Source: Deltaproteobacteria bacterium (lineage in GTDB: Bacteria; Myxococcota_A; UBA9160; SMWR01). Taken from it: DNA of 64,000 nucleotides. This document shows, piece by piece, positions 8,710 through 18,413 of the stretch. The number at the start of each line of letters is the position of its first letter. The stretch's first letter is position 1. The stretch is taken from positions 16,227 through 80,226 of the forward strand of contig JAFDDG010000005.1 of the NCBI GenBank assembly GCA_019310965.1, written 5' to 3'. The translations under genes were made by a program, and so were the position numbers. The notes beneath the pieces are model-generated. The model saw nothing but the letters and a program-made list of their open reading frames with translations. It ran no database searches and was not told the DNA's origin.

Positions 8710-10869
8710 TCAGCGCGCGCCGGGCCTACCCCGAACGTGCGCCGCCAGCGTCGCGCCCAATAGCGCCACCACCAGGCCGAGCGCGCCGCCCGGCAGCAGG
8801 GGCACCTTGGGCACTGGGTCGTCGCGCAGCAACTTCAGCACCCACGCGTCGCGGTTGCCCGAGAGGCTCGCTTGGAATGGGCTCGAGTTCTGCACCGTGT
8901 CGCCCGGAAAGCCGGTCGAGCGTGTCTCGCCGGTGACGTAGGCGTTCCCGGCCGGATCGAGGTCGACTGCGTTTGCGACGTCGAAGAGGAGGCCGCCCCA
9001 GAAGGTCTCGAATTCTTGTTGCCCGTTGGCGTCGAGGTGTACGAAGGCGGCGTCCTGGTTGTCCGTGCCGACCGTGCTCGTGCGTTCGAGACCGTCGACC
9101 GCGATGTCGTAGCCCTCGGAGAAGCCGATCGCGCGCGACCAGAGCACGCTGGAGAGGGCGCCATCGAGCTTCGTGACGACCCCGTTGCCACCCGGTGGAC
9201 CGCCGATCGTGATGGGGTAGCTGGCGGACGCCGAGCGCCCCGTCAGGTACACGTCACCCGACGCATCGATCGCGATGCCGTTCGCGAAATCGTCGCCCGT
9301 GTCGCCGAAGTAGGTGCCGGCCTGGATTGCCGTGCCGGCCGCATTGGTGCGCATCAGGATGATGTCCTCGCCCATGAGCGGGTTCTTGCTGAACGTACCC
9401 GTGGTGGTCTTCAGGTTGATGTCGGCCGTGAAGCCCACCACCAGCGCGCGGTCGGACGCGTCGACTAGCAGCTCCTTCAAGAACACGAACTCGTCGCCGC
9501 CGAGGCCGACGCAGGCGGCGAGGCTCGCACCGTCCGCCGCGTAGCGCACGATGTAGGGCCCCGGCGAGGCGACGTTGCAACCGGCCACGGTCTGGAAGTC
9601 CGAGCTCGCCGTGACGACGCTCACCACGGCGCGTCCCTGGGAATCGACGTCGATCGAGGGCTTGTCGTTCTCCGTATCGCCCCGGTCGACGTCGTTGCCT
9701 CCCAGGTAGGTCGAGTAGACGAGGCTGGCGCCCGACGCATCGAGCTTCGTCACGACCATGTCGGAGACGCCGCCGAACGACGCCTGGGCCGCGCCCACCT
9801 GCGGATAGCTCTCGTCGACCCCGGCCGTGCCCAGGTCGTCGGTGGAATCGGTGTCGCCCACCACGTAGACGTCGAGCGACGCGTCGATGGCGATGCCGAA
9901 GAGCCGGTCGAGACCGCGCCCACTCAGGTAGGTGGCCCACTCGAGTGTCGTTCCGTCCGGCGAAAGCTTCGCTACGAATGCGTCGCCGGGGTCGGAGAAG
10001 CCGCCCACCCGTCCCACTTCGTCGAAGGCGCCCGTGGTCACGGGCAGATTCGTGGAGTTCGTCGTCCCCGTGAAGTAGGCGTAGCCTTGGTGATCGACGG
10101 CGATGTCCCAGCCGATTTCCGCGCTCGTGCCACCGTAGAAGGTCGAGTATTCGATGATCGGGTCGATCACGAGCGGGGCGCGCGGGTCGTGTGCGCCGAT
10201 CGCGAAGCCGACACGCTGCGCGCCGCGCAGCTCGTACGCACCGGCAACCGGGATCCGCGCGCCCGCGCGCTCCTGATACACCACGGGCCGCAACAGCCGC
10301 AGATGGCCGCCTCCCGTTTCGAGCGCGAGATTGCCCTCCGCGTCGATCGAGATCGCATCGGCGCCATCGAAGCGCAGCACCAACTCGCCCGGGTCGACCC
10401 CGGGCGCTACCACGAGATCGTGCTCGAGCCGCTTGGGCGTGCCGTAGAAGACCCAATCGACCCCGGGGCGAATCTCCGCATAGCGCACGCGCGCGAAGGT
10501 CGGAATGCCCGTGTGCCACCCCGATGGATCGCTGCCCCGGAAGTCGTTCACGACGCCCGGCAGCGGCAGCTCGGCGGTTGCGTGCAGATCCGTGCGCGCC
10601 CGTTCCAGGCTCATCCGAACCGGTGGGGCGAAGCGCGGCGAGTGTCTCCCGGCCGCGAGCCAGACGCCTCCCGGCCCGAGCCACACGGCGTAGCCGGGTC
10701 CGCGCGACACGAAATCGATTGTCTCGGGCACCTGGCCCCGATTGGCCTCGAAGTGGAGCGGCAGGCCGCGAGCGCCGGCTGCGGGTCGGGCAGCCGAGGC
10801 GGGGGTGCAGAGCAGGAGCACCGTGCAGCCGGCCAGCAGCGGGGGGAGAAGAGTCTGGGAGCGGAGCAT
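8710..10869 (-). CDS. Secreted beta-propeller-repeat (SBBP-like) protein with a PEP-CTERM-like C-terminal sorting tail
   Basis: Signal peptide MLRSQTLLPPLLAGCTVLLLCTPASA, with GGAGG 8 nt upstream of ATG 10869. Repeated Y/F-x-G-G...D-x-G-x-x-I-A-V/D-x-x-G-x-x-Y-V-x-G units. C-terminus is VPLLPGGALGLVVALLGATLAAHVRGR. Confidence 0.75.
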   Translation of the reverse strand: MLRSQTLLPPLLAGCTVLLLCTPASAARPAAGARGLPLHFEANRGQVPETIDFVSRGPGYAVWLGPGGVWLAAGRHSPRFAPPVRMSLERARTDLHATAELPLPGVVNDFRGSDPSGWHTGIPTFARVRYAEIRPGVDWVFYGTPKRLEHDLVVAPGVDPGELVLRFDGADAISIDAEGNLALETGGGHLRLLRPVVYQERAGARIPVAGAYELRGAQRVGFAIGAHDPRAPLVIDPIIEYSTFYGGTSAEIGWDIAVDHQGYAYFTGTTNSTNLPVTTGAFDEVGRVGGFSDPGDAFVAKLSPDGTTLEWATYLSGRGLDRLFGIAIDASLDVYVVGDTDSTDDLGTAGVDESYPQVGAAQASFGGVSDMVVTKLDASGASLVYSTYLGGNDVDRGDTENDKPSIDVDSQGRAVVSVVTASSDFQTVAGCNVASPGPYIVRYAADGASLAACVGLGGDEFVFLKELLVDASDRALVVGFTADINLKTTTGTFSKNPLMGEDIILMRTNAAGTAIQAGTYFGDTGDDFANGIAIDASGDVYLTGRSASASYPITIGGPPGGNGVVTKLDGALSSVLWSRAIGFSEGYDIAVDGLERTSTVGTDNQDAAFVHLDANGQQEFETFWGGLLFDVANAVDLDPAGNAYVTGETRSTGFPGDTVQNSSPFQASLSGNRDAWVLKLLRDDPVPKVPLLPGGALGLVVALLGATLAAHVRGRPGAR

Positions 10870-11063
10870 CGTGGAGGCCTCCCCGGCGATGAGCGTCACG
10901 GCCCATTCTACTCCGACAGGAGCGCGTCGTGGTGAGTGAGCACCGCGCCGAAGTGGATGCGCAGGTCCACGATGCGTCAGCCCGACGCCCCTGACCCAAC
11001 CACCCATCGAAGCGGGGGGGAGCCGTAGACCACGATCATCGAGCAGCGGCTCTTGCCCGAAGC

Positions 11064-12599
11064 TCAGCCCTTCTCACCGAACTGCTTGCGCAGCTCGCGC
11101 TTCAGGACCTTGCCGCTCGGGTTGCGAGGCAGTGCCTCCACGAACTCGATGCGCTCGGGGATCTTCTGCAGCATCAGCTCCTTGTCGCGCAGGTACTCGA
11201 CCAGCTCTGCGAGGGCGAGTGGCTCTGCAGCGTCGCGCGGCACCACCACGGCGCAGACCATCTCGCCCCGCACCTCGTCGGGCACGCCGATCACCGCGGC
11301 GTCGGCGAGCTTCGGATGCTCGCTCAGCAGGTCCTCGACCTCCTGGGCACTGATGTTCTCGCCCTTGCGGATGATCACGTCCTTGAGGCGACCGGAGATC
11401 GTGATGCAGCCCCGTTCGTCGATGAAGCCGAGATCCTCGGTGTGATAGAAACCCTCTTCATCGAAGGCCGCTGCATCCAGTGACTCGTCCACGTAGCCCA
11501 GGAAGAGCTGCGGGGCGCGGATGCGCAGCTCGCCCTCCTCGCCGACGCCGGCGAGCGAACCGTCGCTCTTGACGATCTTGAGCTCGCTCTCCGGGAGGTT
11601 GAGCCGCCCCTCGGTATCGGCGAGTTGTTCGTCGGGGTCGTCGATGCGGCCGAGGGCCAGGATCGGGCACTCCGTCATCCCGTAGACGGAGAGGATGCCC
11701 GCTCCGCACTCCTGCTTGAGCGCGTGGTGGAGCGGTGGCGGCTTTGGGGCTCCGCCTCCCTGGAAGACCCGGATTTCCGGAAAGATCGGCACCTCGCCCT
11801 GCTGGCGCTGGGCCTCCAGGTACACGCGGTGGAAGGCCGTCCCCGCTCCGGCGTGCGTCACCCCGTGCTTGCGGAGGAAGGGGATCGTCGTCGGGGGGTC
11901 GAATCTCTCGACGATGAGATGGCTCGCCCCCGTCGAGAGCGCGGCGACCAGCGAGTTCACACCCCCGAGGTGGGTCACCGGGAAGACCAGACCGACTCGG
12001 TCCGAGGGCGAGAGATCCATCGCGGCGGCCAGGCCGTAGGAGGCGGCCAGGAAACCCTTGTCGGTATGGCGGGCACCCTTCGGCTCTGACGTGGTGCCCG
12101 AGGTGTAGAAGACCCATCGCACCTTTTCGCCCGCGGTCGGCGCGGGCAGTAGCTTCGCAGTCGCCTGCGGCAGCTGACTCTCCCAGGGCTCGTTGGGGGC
12201 GACCAGCACATCGAGCTCCTCGATCTTGCCGGCCAGCTCGTTCGCCATGGCGGCGTAGTCGAAGCCCCGGAACTCGTCGATCACGATGAGCAGCTGAGCG
12301 CCCGTCTGACGCAGGCAGTGTGAGACCTCGCGGCCGCGATAGATCGGGAGGATGGGATTCTGCACGGCGCCCAGCCGCGAGAGTGCGGCCAGGAGTACGA
12401 GGGCGTTGAAGCTGGTGGGGAGGATCCAGCTGACCGCGCTGTCCTCTCTCACGCCCCGCGCGGCGAGCGCCGCCGCGAGGCGCTCCGCGGCATCCCGGTA
12501 TTGGGCAAAGGTCATCTGGCGATCGGACTCGTCGTGGCCGAAGAGACCCTCCGGGGTCGCCTCGGCGCGCGCTTCCACCAGTTCCCAGAGCGTGTCCAT
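11064..12599 (-). CDS. AMP-dependent acyl-CoA synthetase/ligase
   Basis: YTSGTTSEPKG AMP-binding motif, plus HTEDLG and SGKVLKREL at the C-terminus. Start taken at MDTLWELVE. Confidence 0.85.
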   Translation of the reverse strand: MDTLWELVEARAEATPEGLFGHDESDRQMTFAQYRDAAERLAAALAARGVREDSAVSWILPTSFNALVLLAALSRLGAVQNPILPIYRGREVSHCLRQTGAQLLIVIDEFRGFDYAAMANELAGKIEELDVLVAPNEPWESQLPQATAKLLPAPTAGEKVRWVFYTSGTTSEPKGARHTDKGFLAASYGLAAAMDLSPSDRVGLVFPVTHLGGVNSLVAALSTGASHLIVERFDPPTTIPFLRKHGVTHAGAGTAFHRVYLEAQRQQGEVPIFPEIRVFQGGGAPKPPPLHHALKQECGAGILSVYGMTECPILALGRIDDPDEQLADTEGRLNLPESELKIVKSDGSLAGVGEEGELRIRAPQLFLGYVDESLDAAAFDEEGFYHTEDLGFIDERGCITISGRLKDVIIRKGENISAQEVEDLLSEHPKLADAAVIGVPDEVRGEMVCAVVVPRDAAEPLALAELVEYLRDKELMLQKIPERIEFVEALPRNPSGKVLKRELRKQFGEKG

Positions 12600-12801
12600 C
12601 TTGATCAAATTCGTCACCGAGCAAATGCCTCCGGAGCAGAGTGCGAGCGGGAGTCCCGGCGTCGCAGAATCGCACATTATGGTGAATCCCCAGTCTTCTC
12701 GCCGGGCAACGGCTCGCCCCAGCGCGGGCCCGGCGCTGGGGCGCGGGTCGCGGTACACCTAGCTGCACCAATCGTTCCGAGACAGAGACGGCCCGCGGCT
12801 C

Positions 12802-13782
12802 GTGCCGGGAGCGGCCTGCTGCAGGGATGCCCCGAGCGAACGGGAAGGCAGAGGAGGCTGGGACGCGCCTGTGAGTGGATCGAGGGCCAAGGGGGTTGGC
12901 CACGACGACGGGAGCGCGCGAGATCGACAAGTCCAGCGAGTGATCCTGATCGAGGGATCGGCGAACGCCGCGATCATGCTGCTGAAGCTCTTCGTCGGCT
13001 TCGCGACCGGGTCGATGGTGATTCTCGGCGACGCGGTTCACTCGTTGACGGATCTCGCGAACAACGTCGTCGCATGGCTCGTGGTGCGCTGGTCGACGCG
13101 ACCGCCGGATGACGAACACCCCTATGGACATCGCAAGTACGAGACCGTGGCGGTCTTCCTCCTGGCGATGCTTCTCACCGTGACGGCCTTCGAGCTGGGG
13201 TTGAGGGCGCTGAGCCGCTCTCGGCCCGAGATCGTTCACGCCGATTGGGCCGTCGTCGCGATGCTGTGCGTGTTGCTGACCAACGTGGGGCTGGCGTCGT
13301 GGCAGGGCATGTGGGCGCGGAAGCTCGAGTCCGACATCCTGGGGGCGGATGCGCGGCACACGTTCGCGGACGTGCTGACGACGATCGTTGCCATCGCCGG
13401 CTGGCAGGCGGCAGTGCGCGGCTACCCGTGGGTCGACACGGTTTCGGCGCTGGGCGTTGCGCTCTTGATCCTATTTCTCGCCTATGGCTTGTTTCGCCGC
13501 TCGTTGCCGGTGCTGGTCGATGGGGTGTCCATCGATCCCGAGCGGTTGGAGCAGGCGGCGCTTCGAGTTTCCGGGGTGGTCGGTGTCCGGCGCGCACGCT
13601 CCCGCTCGTACGGTTACCGGGCCGTGGTCGATCTCGTCGTCCTCGTCGAACCGGATCTCAGCACCGTCGCCTCGCACGAGATCGCGACGATCGTGGAGCA
13701 GGTCATTCGTTCCGAATGGCCGGTCGATGCGGTGACGGTCCACATCGAGCCGGAGAGGCAGGAGACCGCGGCGCGGCGATAG
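12802..13782 (+). CDS. Cation diffusion facilitator (CDF) family metal efflux transporter
   Basis: GDAVHSLTD (TM2 H/D site), HPYGHRKYE, ADARHTFADV (TM5) and a C-terminal cytoplasmic domain. Start is uncertain; GTG 12871 is an in-frame alternative. Confidence 0.85.
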   Translation: MPGAACCRDAPSEREGRGGWDAPVSGSRAKGVGHDDGSARDRQVQRVILIEGSANAAIMLLKLFVGFATGSMVILGDAVHSLTDLANNVVAWLVVRWSTRPPDDEHPYGHRKYETVAVFLLAMLLTVTAFELGLRALSRSRPEIVHADWAVVAMLCVLLTNVGLASWQGMWARKLESDILGADARHTFADVLTTIVAIAGWQAAVRGYPWVDTVSALGVALLILFLAYGLFRRSLPVLVDGVSIDPERLEQAALRVSGVVGVRRARSRSYGYRAVVDLVVLVEPDLSTVASHEIATIVEQVIRSEWPVDAVTVHIEPERQETAARR

Positions 13783-14494
13783 GCTGGGCCGGCGCTCGGC
13801 CTCTCTGGGAAGCTTGCAGCAGCACCGGGCGCAGCACGCTCGTCCAGAGCGCGTAACCCGCCCCGCTCAGGTGCAGGCCGTCCCAGGCGAAGAGATCGCG
13901 GGAAGGCGTGCTCGCGGCGCCGAGCATCGGCGCCGCGATGTCCACGTACTCGACCCCGTCGTGGGTCTCTGCGATTATCGCGATTCGCTCGTTCGTCCGC
14001 TTCTGCTCGGGCCACTGGGAGCGGCGCAGGCGCGAGGGCTTGATCGAGACGAAGTGGATGCGGGTTTCGGGAAGAGCCCCGTGCACGATCTCGGCGAAGC
14101 GTTCGAAGTCCCTCACGATGGTGTCCGAGTCCTTGCCGGTCCACGCACCGAGATCGTTGTCGCCGCAGTAGAGCACCACGTCTGCGGGCTCATAGGGGAG
14201 CACGATGCGCGGCGCGAAGCGGCACATGTGGGCGAGGTGCGCGCCACCGAAGCCGCGGTTCAGGACGGGCAGCGGCGCCATGTCCACCTCGAGCGTCTTC
14301 CAGAACTTGATCGTCGAACTGCCGGTGAAGACGATACCGCCGCGCGGCGGCCGGTCGCGCTGGTCTGCCCGTTCGTAGCGGGCGATCTCATGCTCCCACA
14401 GGCGCGGCGAGTTGATGACGTCGCGCAGCTGGGCGGTGACGGTGTCGCGGGCCAATTCGAGGACGGCGAGCCCGGTTGCCAGTTGCTTCAACAT
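13703..14494 (-). CDS. SGNH/GDSL-type hydrolase
   Basis: IVFTGSSTI (block I Ser), NRGFGG (block II), GDND (block III), DGLHLS (block V D-x-x-H). The low-complexity tail overlaps the 3' end of the CDF gene. Confidence 0.75.
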   Translation of the reverse strand: MLKQLATGLAVLELARDTVTAQLRDVINSPRLWEHEIARYERADQRDRPPRGGIVFTGSSTIKFWKTLEVDMAPLPVLNRGFGGAHLAHMCRFAPRIVLPYEPADVVLYCGDNDLGAWTGKDSDTIVRDFERFAEIVHGALPETRIHFVSIKPSRLRRSQWPEQKRTNERIAIIAETHDGVEYVDIAAPMLGAASTPSRDLFAWDGLHLSGAGYALWTSVLRPVLLQASQRGRAPAQPIAAPRSPASPARCGPSPHRPAIRNE

Positions 14495-14743
14495 GCTACG
14501 TCTCGTGGGCTGAAGTGGAGGCAGGCAGTTTCGCAGGCCCGGCGTGTTCTCGCGAGAGCGGTCTCCGACCTACGATCAGAACACTGCGGCACAGCACCCC
14601 ATGACGCCCTCCAGTGTTGCGCTTCTCCCCAGGTCGTGACATTTCGCGTCCCAGTTCGCCGTGGGAGCGCCCGTTCGCAGGCACGCCCCGTGCATCGATT
14701 AGGCGAGAGAGTCCCGCCGGGCCGGGGAGATGTCGCCACGACG

Positions 14744-15502
14744 ATGCATGTCCAAGAGTGGGGGAGCGGTGACCCGGTGATCGCGCTGCACCCGTTGGCG
14801 CTCGAATCCACCGCCTTCGCGGGCGTGGCCCGAGGGCTGATCGCTCGAGGCCTGCGCACGCTGGCCGTCGATCTGCCGGGTTTCGGGCGCACGCCCGCGC
14901 CGGAGGAACCGCTTACCCCAGCGACGCTGGCCGCGCCGGTGATCGAGCTGGCTCGCTTCATCAACCCCCGGTTTGCCGAGAAGATCCCGCTCGAATACAT
15001 CTGGCCGCTTCTCAAGCGCGTGGCCGAGAGCATCGAAGCGCATGAGGATCTCGAGCACGACTGGCTTGCGCGCGCGAGCGTGCGGGTCATCTATTATTCG
15101 TCATGTGCCGCCACGCGCTCGGCGTTCGTGTCCGCTGCGCGGGAGCTGGCGCTCGACCCCGCCCTGGGCCCGGAGGGCACCTGGACGCGCATGCGCGGAC
15201 TCGCCGTGCCCGCGGCCTTTCTCTGGTGCGGCCGGGATGCGCTCATCCCGGCCGCGCACGCGGAGCTCGTCGCCCGGAAGCTGCCGCGAGCCCGGAGGCT
15301 CGAACTCGCCTGCTCGGGGCACTTCGTCCACGGCCGTCACTATCGCTGCTTCAACCGCGCCATCTCTGATACGGTCGGCACCATCGTCGGTGCGCCCGAA
15401 AGTGCGAGGCGGAGCGTGCGACGCGCGCCGATTCAGTGCGTGTGCCTTGCCGATGCGAACGGCAGCGAGGCGGCGGCAGTCGCGCGGACCGAGGAAGCAT
15501 GA
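14744..15502 (+). CDS. Alpha/beta-hydrolase-fold protein with no canonical GXSXG nucleophile elbow
   Basis: The N-terminal strand/oxyanion region (VIALHPLALES..., LAVDLPGFGRT) and C-terminal His region (CSGHFVH) are recognisable. The stop overlaps the next start (ATGA). Confidence 0.65.
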   Translation: MHVQEWGSGDPVIALHPLALESTAFAGVARGLIARGLRTLAVDLPGFGRTPAPEEPLTPATLAAPVIELARFINPRFAEKIPLEYIWPLLKRVAESIEAHEDLEHDWLARASVRVIYYSSCAATRSAFVSAARELALDPALGPEGTWTRMRGLAVPAAFLWCGRDALIPAAHAELVARKLPRARRLELACSGHFVHGRHYRCFNRAISDTVGTIVGAPESARRSVRRAPIQCVCLADANGSEAAAVARTEEA

Positions 15503-16911
15503 GACGCCTTACCGCTGCGGATGCGATGTTCCTCTACAACGAGCTGCCGAGCCAGCACATGCATACGCTCAAGCTCGCGACCTTCGACTACTCGGAGGTG
15601 CCCGGTGGCTACTCGTTCGAGTCGCAGAAGCAGAAGCTCGCGGCGCGGCTCGATTGCCTGCCGCCGCTGCGCTGGCGCATGGTGACGACGCCCCTCGGCC
15701 TCAACCACCCGCTCTGGATCGAGGAGCCGGACCTCGACCTCGACTATCACGTGAGGCGCGCGGCGATCCCGGCGCCCGGCGGCCCCCGCGAGCTCTGCTC
15801 GCTCGTCGAGGAGATCGCCAGCCGCCAACTCGACCGCAACCGCCCGCTGTGGGAGCTCTGGATGATCGAGGGCCTCGAGGGCGGGCAGGTGGCGGCCCTC
15901 ATGAAGCTGCACCACTCGTTGGCCGACGGTGTGGCGTCTGCCGAGATGCTGCGGCGAGTGCTGAGTCCGAGCTCCGAAGAGGAGACTGCCGATCCGAGCC
16001 CGCGTTGGGAGCCCGAGTTGGTGCCGACCAAGGGTGAGCGGCTGCGCCTGGCGCTGCGAGATCTGGCGGGTTTCCTGGCCAAGGCTGTGCCGCGAAGTTG
16101 GCGCAGCTTGCGGCGAAACCACCGCGTGCGCGGCGAGCGCAAGCGTCGGGGGGCGGTCGATCCGCCCAGGCCCTGGAATGCACCGCCGACCTTCTTGAAC
16201 CGCGAGCTTTCTCCCCAACGCCGCTTTGCGTACACGTCGGTCTCGTTAGATGATGCCAAGGCGATCCGCACGGCGTTCGGCTGCAGCATCAACGAGGTCC
16301 TGTTGGCGACGGTTGCGGGGGGGCTGCGCAGCTTCCTGTTCGCGAAGGGCGAGCTGCCGGGCGTTCCGCTCATCGTGTCGGTCCCCGTCTCGACGCGTCA
16401 GAAGACGCGAGCGTACGGCAACGGCACCGGTGTCTGGTACGTGCATCTGCCGACCCAGCTCGATGACCCGGTCGCCCGGGTGCGCGCGGTGCAGCGTGCC
16501 GTGCGGATCTCGCGCGAGGAGTTCGCCGATACGGCAGGGGCCCGGCTCACCGATTGGATGGAACTCGTCCCGCCGGTGCTGCTCAAGCAGTTCTTCACCC
16601 GGCTGCCGCTGTGGTTGCTCAAAGCCGGGCGCGCTCCCATGGCGAACTTCGTGGTGTCGAACGTGCGCGGACCGGCGCGCCCGCTGCTCTATGACGGGGC
16701 GCTGATGACCGGTTTCTACTCGGTGGGCCCGCTCCTCCATGGCGTGGCCCTGAACGTGACGTGCTGGAGCTACGCCGACCAGATGAACGTGAGCCTGCTC
16801 GGCTGTCGCAACGCGCTACCCGACCTCTGGGAGCTGACGGAGCAGATTGGTGTGGCTTTCGAGGCGCTGCTCAAGGCGAGTGCAACGCTGCCGGTGGAAC
16901 CAACCTCTTAG
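15499..16911 (+). CDS. Wax ester synthase/diacylglycerol acyltransferase (WS/DGAT) family
   Basis: MRRLTAADAMFLY N-terminus, HHSLADG (HHxxxDG) catalytic motif, NVRGP motif. 470 aa. Confidence 0.85.
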   Translation: MRRLTAADAMFLYNELPSQHMHTLKLATFDYSEVPGGYSFESQKQKLAARLDCLPPLRWRMVTTPLGLNHPLWIEEPDLDLDYHVRRAAIPAPGGPRELCSLVEEIASRQLDRNRPLWELWMIEGLEGGQVAALMKLHHSLADGVASAEMLRRVLSPSSEEETADPSPRWEPELVPTKGERLRLALRDLAGFLAKAVPRSWRSLRRNHRVRGERKRRGAVDPPRPWNAPPTFLNRELSPQRRFAYTSVSLDDAKAIRTAFGCSINEVLLATVAGGLRSFLFAKGELPGVPLIVSVPVSTRQKTRAYGNGTGVWYVHLPTQLDDPVARVRAVQRAVRISREEFADTAGARLTDWMELVPPVLLKQFFTRLPLWLLKAGRAPMANFVVSNVRGPARPLLYDGALMTGFYSVGPLLHGVALNVTCWSYADQMNVSLLGCRNALPDLWELTEQIGVAFEALLKASATLPVEPTS

Positions 16912-16965
16912 CGTTCGGCGGTGAGGGCGTCCGCCGTCTCCGCCAGGGTGTCTGCCGCGCGGAGC

Positions 16966-17448
16966 TCAGGCCTCTTTGGCGAGTAGCTCCACCAGGTCGC
17001 TGCTGCTTACGATGCCGCACAGCCGGTCGCCATCCACGATGAGCACGCGATGGATGCGGTTCTGGGTGAGGGCCTGGGCGATCTTGGGCACCGTTTCCGC
17101 GATATCGACGGACACGGGGTTCTCGGTCATGACATCTGCGGCCACCAGATCCCCGAAGTAGCCGTCGTTTCGGCTGGTGACGTCGGGGCTGTCGGCCGGC
17201 GAGAACTCGAGCATCTCGGCCAGGTACTCGACGGCCGCCGGCCGGGACTGCTGATCGTCGTTCTGTTCCGCGCCGCTGCGCACCAAATCCATGCTCGTCA
17301 CGATGCCCAGCACCACGCCGGTTTCGTCCACGACGGGTGCGCCGTGGATCTCTTCCTCGAAGAACATGCGTTGCACGGCCGCCAACGGTGTTGTCGGGGC
17401 GAGACTGAGGATCGACGTCTGCATGATGTCGCGTGCTGTGGTGGTCAT
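16966..17448 (-). CDS. CBS-domain pair protein
   Basis: Two CBS repeats (DIMQTS...VVDETGVVLGIVTSMDLV; DVMTENP...HRVLIVDGDRLCGIVSSSDLV). AAGGAGG lies upstream of ATG 17448. Confidence 0.85.
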   Translation of the reverse strand: MTTTARDIMQTSILSLAPTTPLAAVQRMFFEEEIHGAPVVDETGVVLGIVTSMDLVRSGAEQNDDQQSRPAAVEYLAEMLEFSPADSPDVTSRNDGYFGDLVAADVMTENPVSVDIAETVPKIAQALTQNRIHRVLIVDGDRLCGIVSSSDLVELLAKEA

Positions 17449-17468
17449 GGGTACCTCCTTCGGGTGAG

Positions 17469-17891
17469 CTAGGCGCGTCGCGGCTTGCGTCGCGTCGATG
17501 GTGTTGCCCCCTGCTTGCGGACGAAGCGGTGGTCTTCGACGAGGCTCAGCAGGTCGTAGGCGCTCAGCATGCCGACGACCTTCCCCTCGTGGGTGACCGT
17601 CAAGTGGTGGATGCGGTGGTTGCGCATGACGCGCGCCGCCACGTGCACATCCTCGTAGCGGGGTACGCTGAACACCTTGCGTGTCATGATCTGGCTGACG
17701 GGCTTCTCGTCGGGCAGCTCTTTCAGGAGATCCGAGGCGGAGACGACGCCGACGGCCTCTCCCTCCGGGCCGACGACCGGGAGGCTCGAGATATGGTGGT
17801 CGCGCATCAGCTGCTTGGCGTGGGCCACGCTCTTGTGTGGTGTGATTACGACGGGTCTGTCGATCATGATGTCGTCGACTTTTACGTTCAT
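17469..17891 (-). CDS. CBS-domain pair protein
   Basis: Two CBS repeats (DIMIDRP...LPVVGPEGEAVGVVSASDLL; QIMTRKV...HHLTVTHEGKVVGMLSAYDLL). The second ATG (17891) has GGGGAG 7 nt upstream. Confidence 0.85.
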   Translation of the reverse strand: MNVKVDDIMIDRPVVITPHKSVAHAKQLMRDHHISSLPVVGPEGEAVGVVSASDLLKELPDEKPVSQIMTRKVFSVPRYEDVHVAARVMRNHRIHHLTVTHEGKVVGMLSAYDLLSLVEDHRFVRKQGATPSTRRKPRRA

Positions 17892-18047
17892 CCGCGGGCT
17901 CCCCTGCATCGCATGGCATCTACTTTCGCAAGCAGCATGCCAACAGAGTCAACGCGCGTCCGCTACGGAGCGTAGCAATAGTGGCCTGGCGCCCCAGGTC
18001 GTTGCGCAGTGGGGCGCCAGGGGCCACCCGTCAGCGTCGGCACATCC

Positions 18048-18413
18048 CTAGAAGATCTCCCGCTCCTCTGTGAGGAAGACGCTCGAGTGCGAGAAGTCGA
18101 GGAACTCGGCTTCGTCCTCGTAGAGCTGGCGGGCCGCGTCGATGGCCGCCTGGCCGCCGCCGGCCCCCATGTCCGCGATGCTGTCGAACCACACCTCGGT
18201 GATTCCGTCGTAGGCCTCCTGGGTGCCGCGGCTCTCGCGAAGCGGGCCGTTCACGGCATCGCCAAGGGTGTGGCTCTGGACGTAGCGCTTCATCGTCGGC
18301 AGGTGTTCGCGCAGCTTTCGCACGAGCGGGCCGTGGACGTCTAGCCAGCGAGTCTGGAACTCCTCGCGGGTCATGCCTTCCTTGCGTCGACAGCAGAAGA
18401 CCAGTTTCACCAT
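18048..18413 (-). CDS. EthD-domain protein
   Basis: MVKLVFCCRRKEGMTREEFQTRW...YVQSH pattern typical of the EthD/dimeric alpha-beta barrel family. First gene upstream of the crotonase gene, on the same strand. Confidence 0.7.
   Translation of the reverse strand: MVKLVFCCRRKEGMTREEFQTRWLDVHGPLVRKLREHLPTMKRYVQSHTLGDAVNGPLRESRGTQEAYDGITEVWFDSIADMGAGGGQAAIDAARQLYEDEAEFLDFSHSSVFLTEEREIF

Noticed and set aside
12600-12870. NiCo (czcD-motif) riboswitch in the leader of the CDF transporter gene
   Set aside because: The context is right and the leader contains ACAG/GGGA-type strings. However, I cannot reproduce the four-helix consensus from memory or by eye. This needs an Infernal search with the Rfam czcD model.
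16966-17919. 317-aa minus-strand ORF spanning both CBS genes
   Set aside because: Only its last 160 codons (from ATG 17448, with AAGGAGG upstream) look like protein. The upstream part is an out-of-frame shadow of the second CBS gene.
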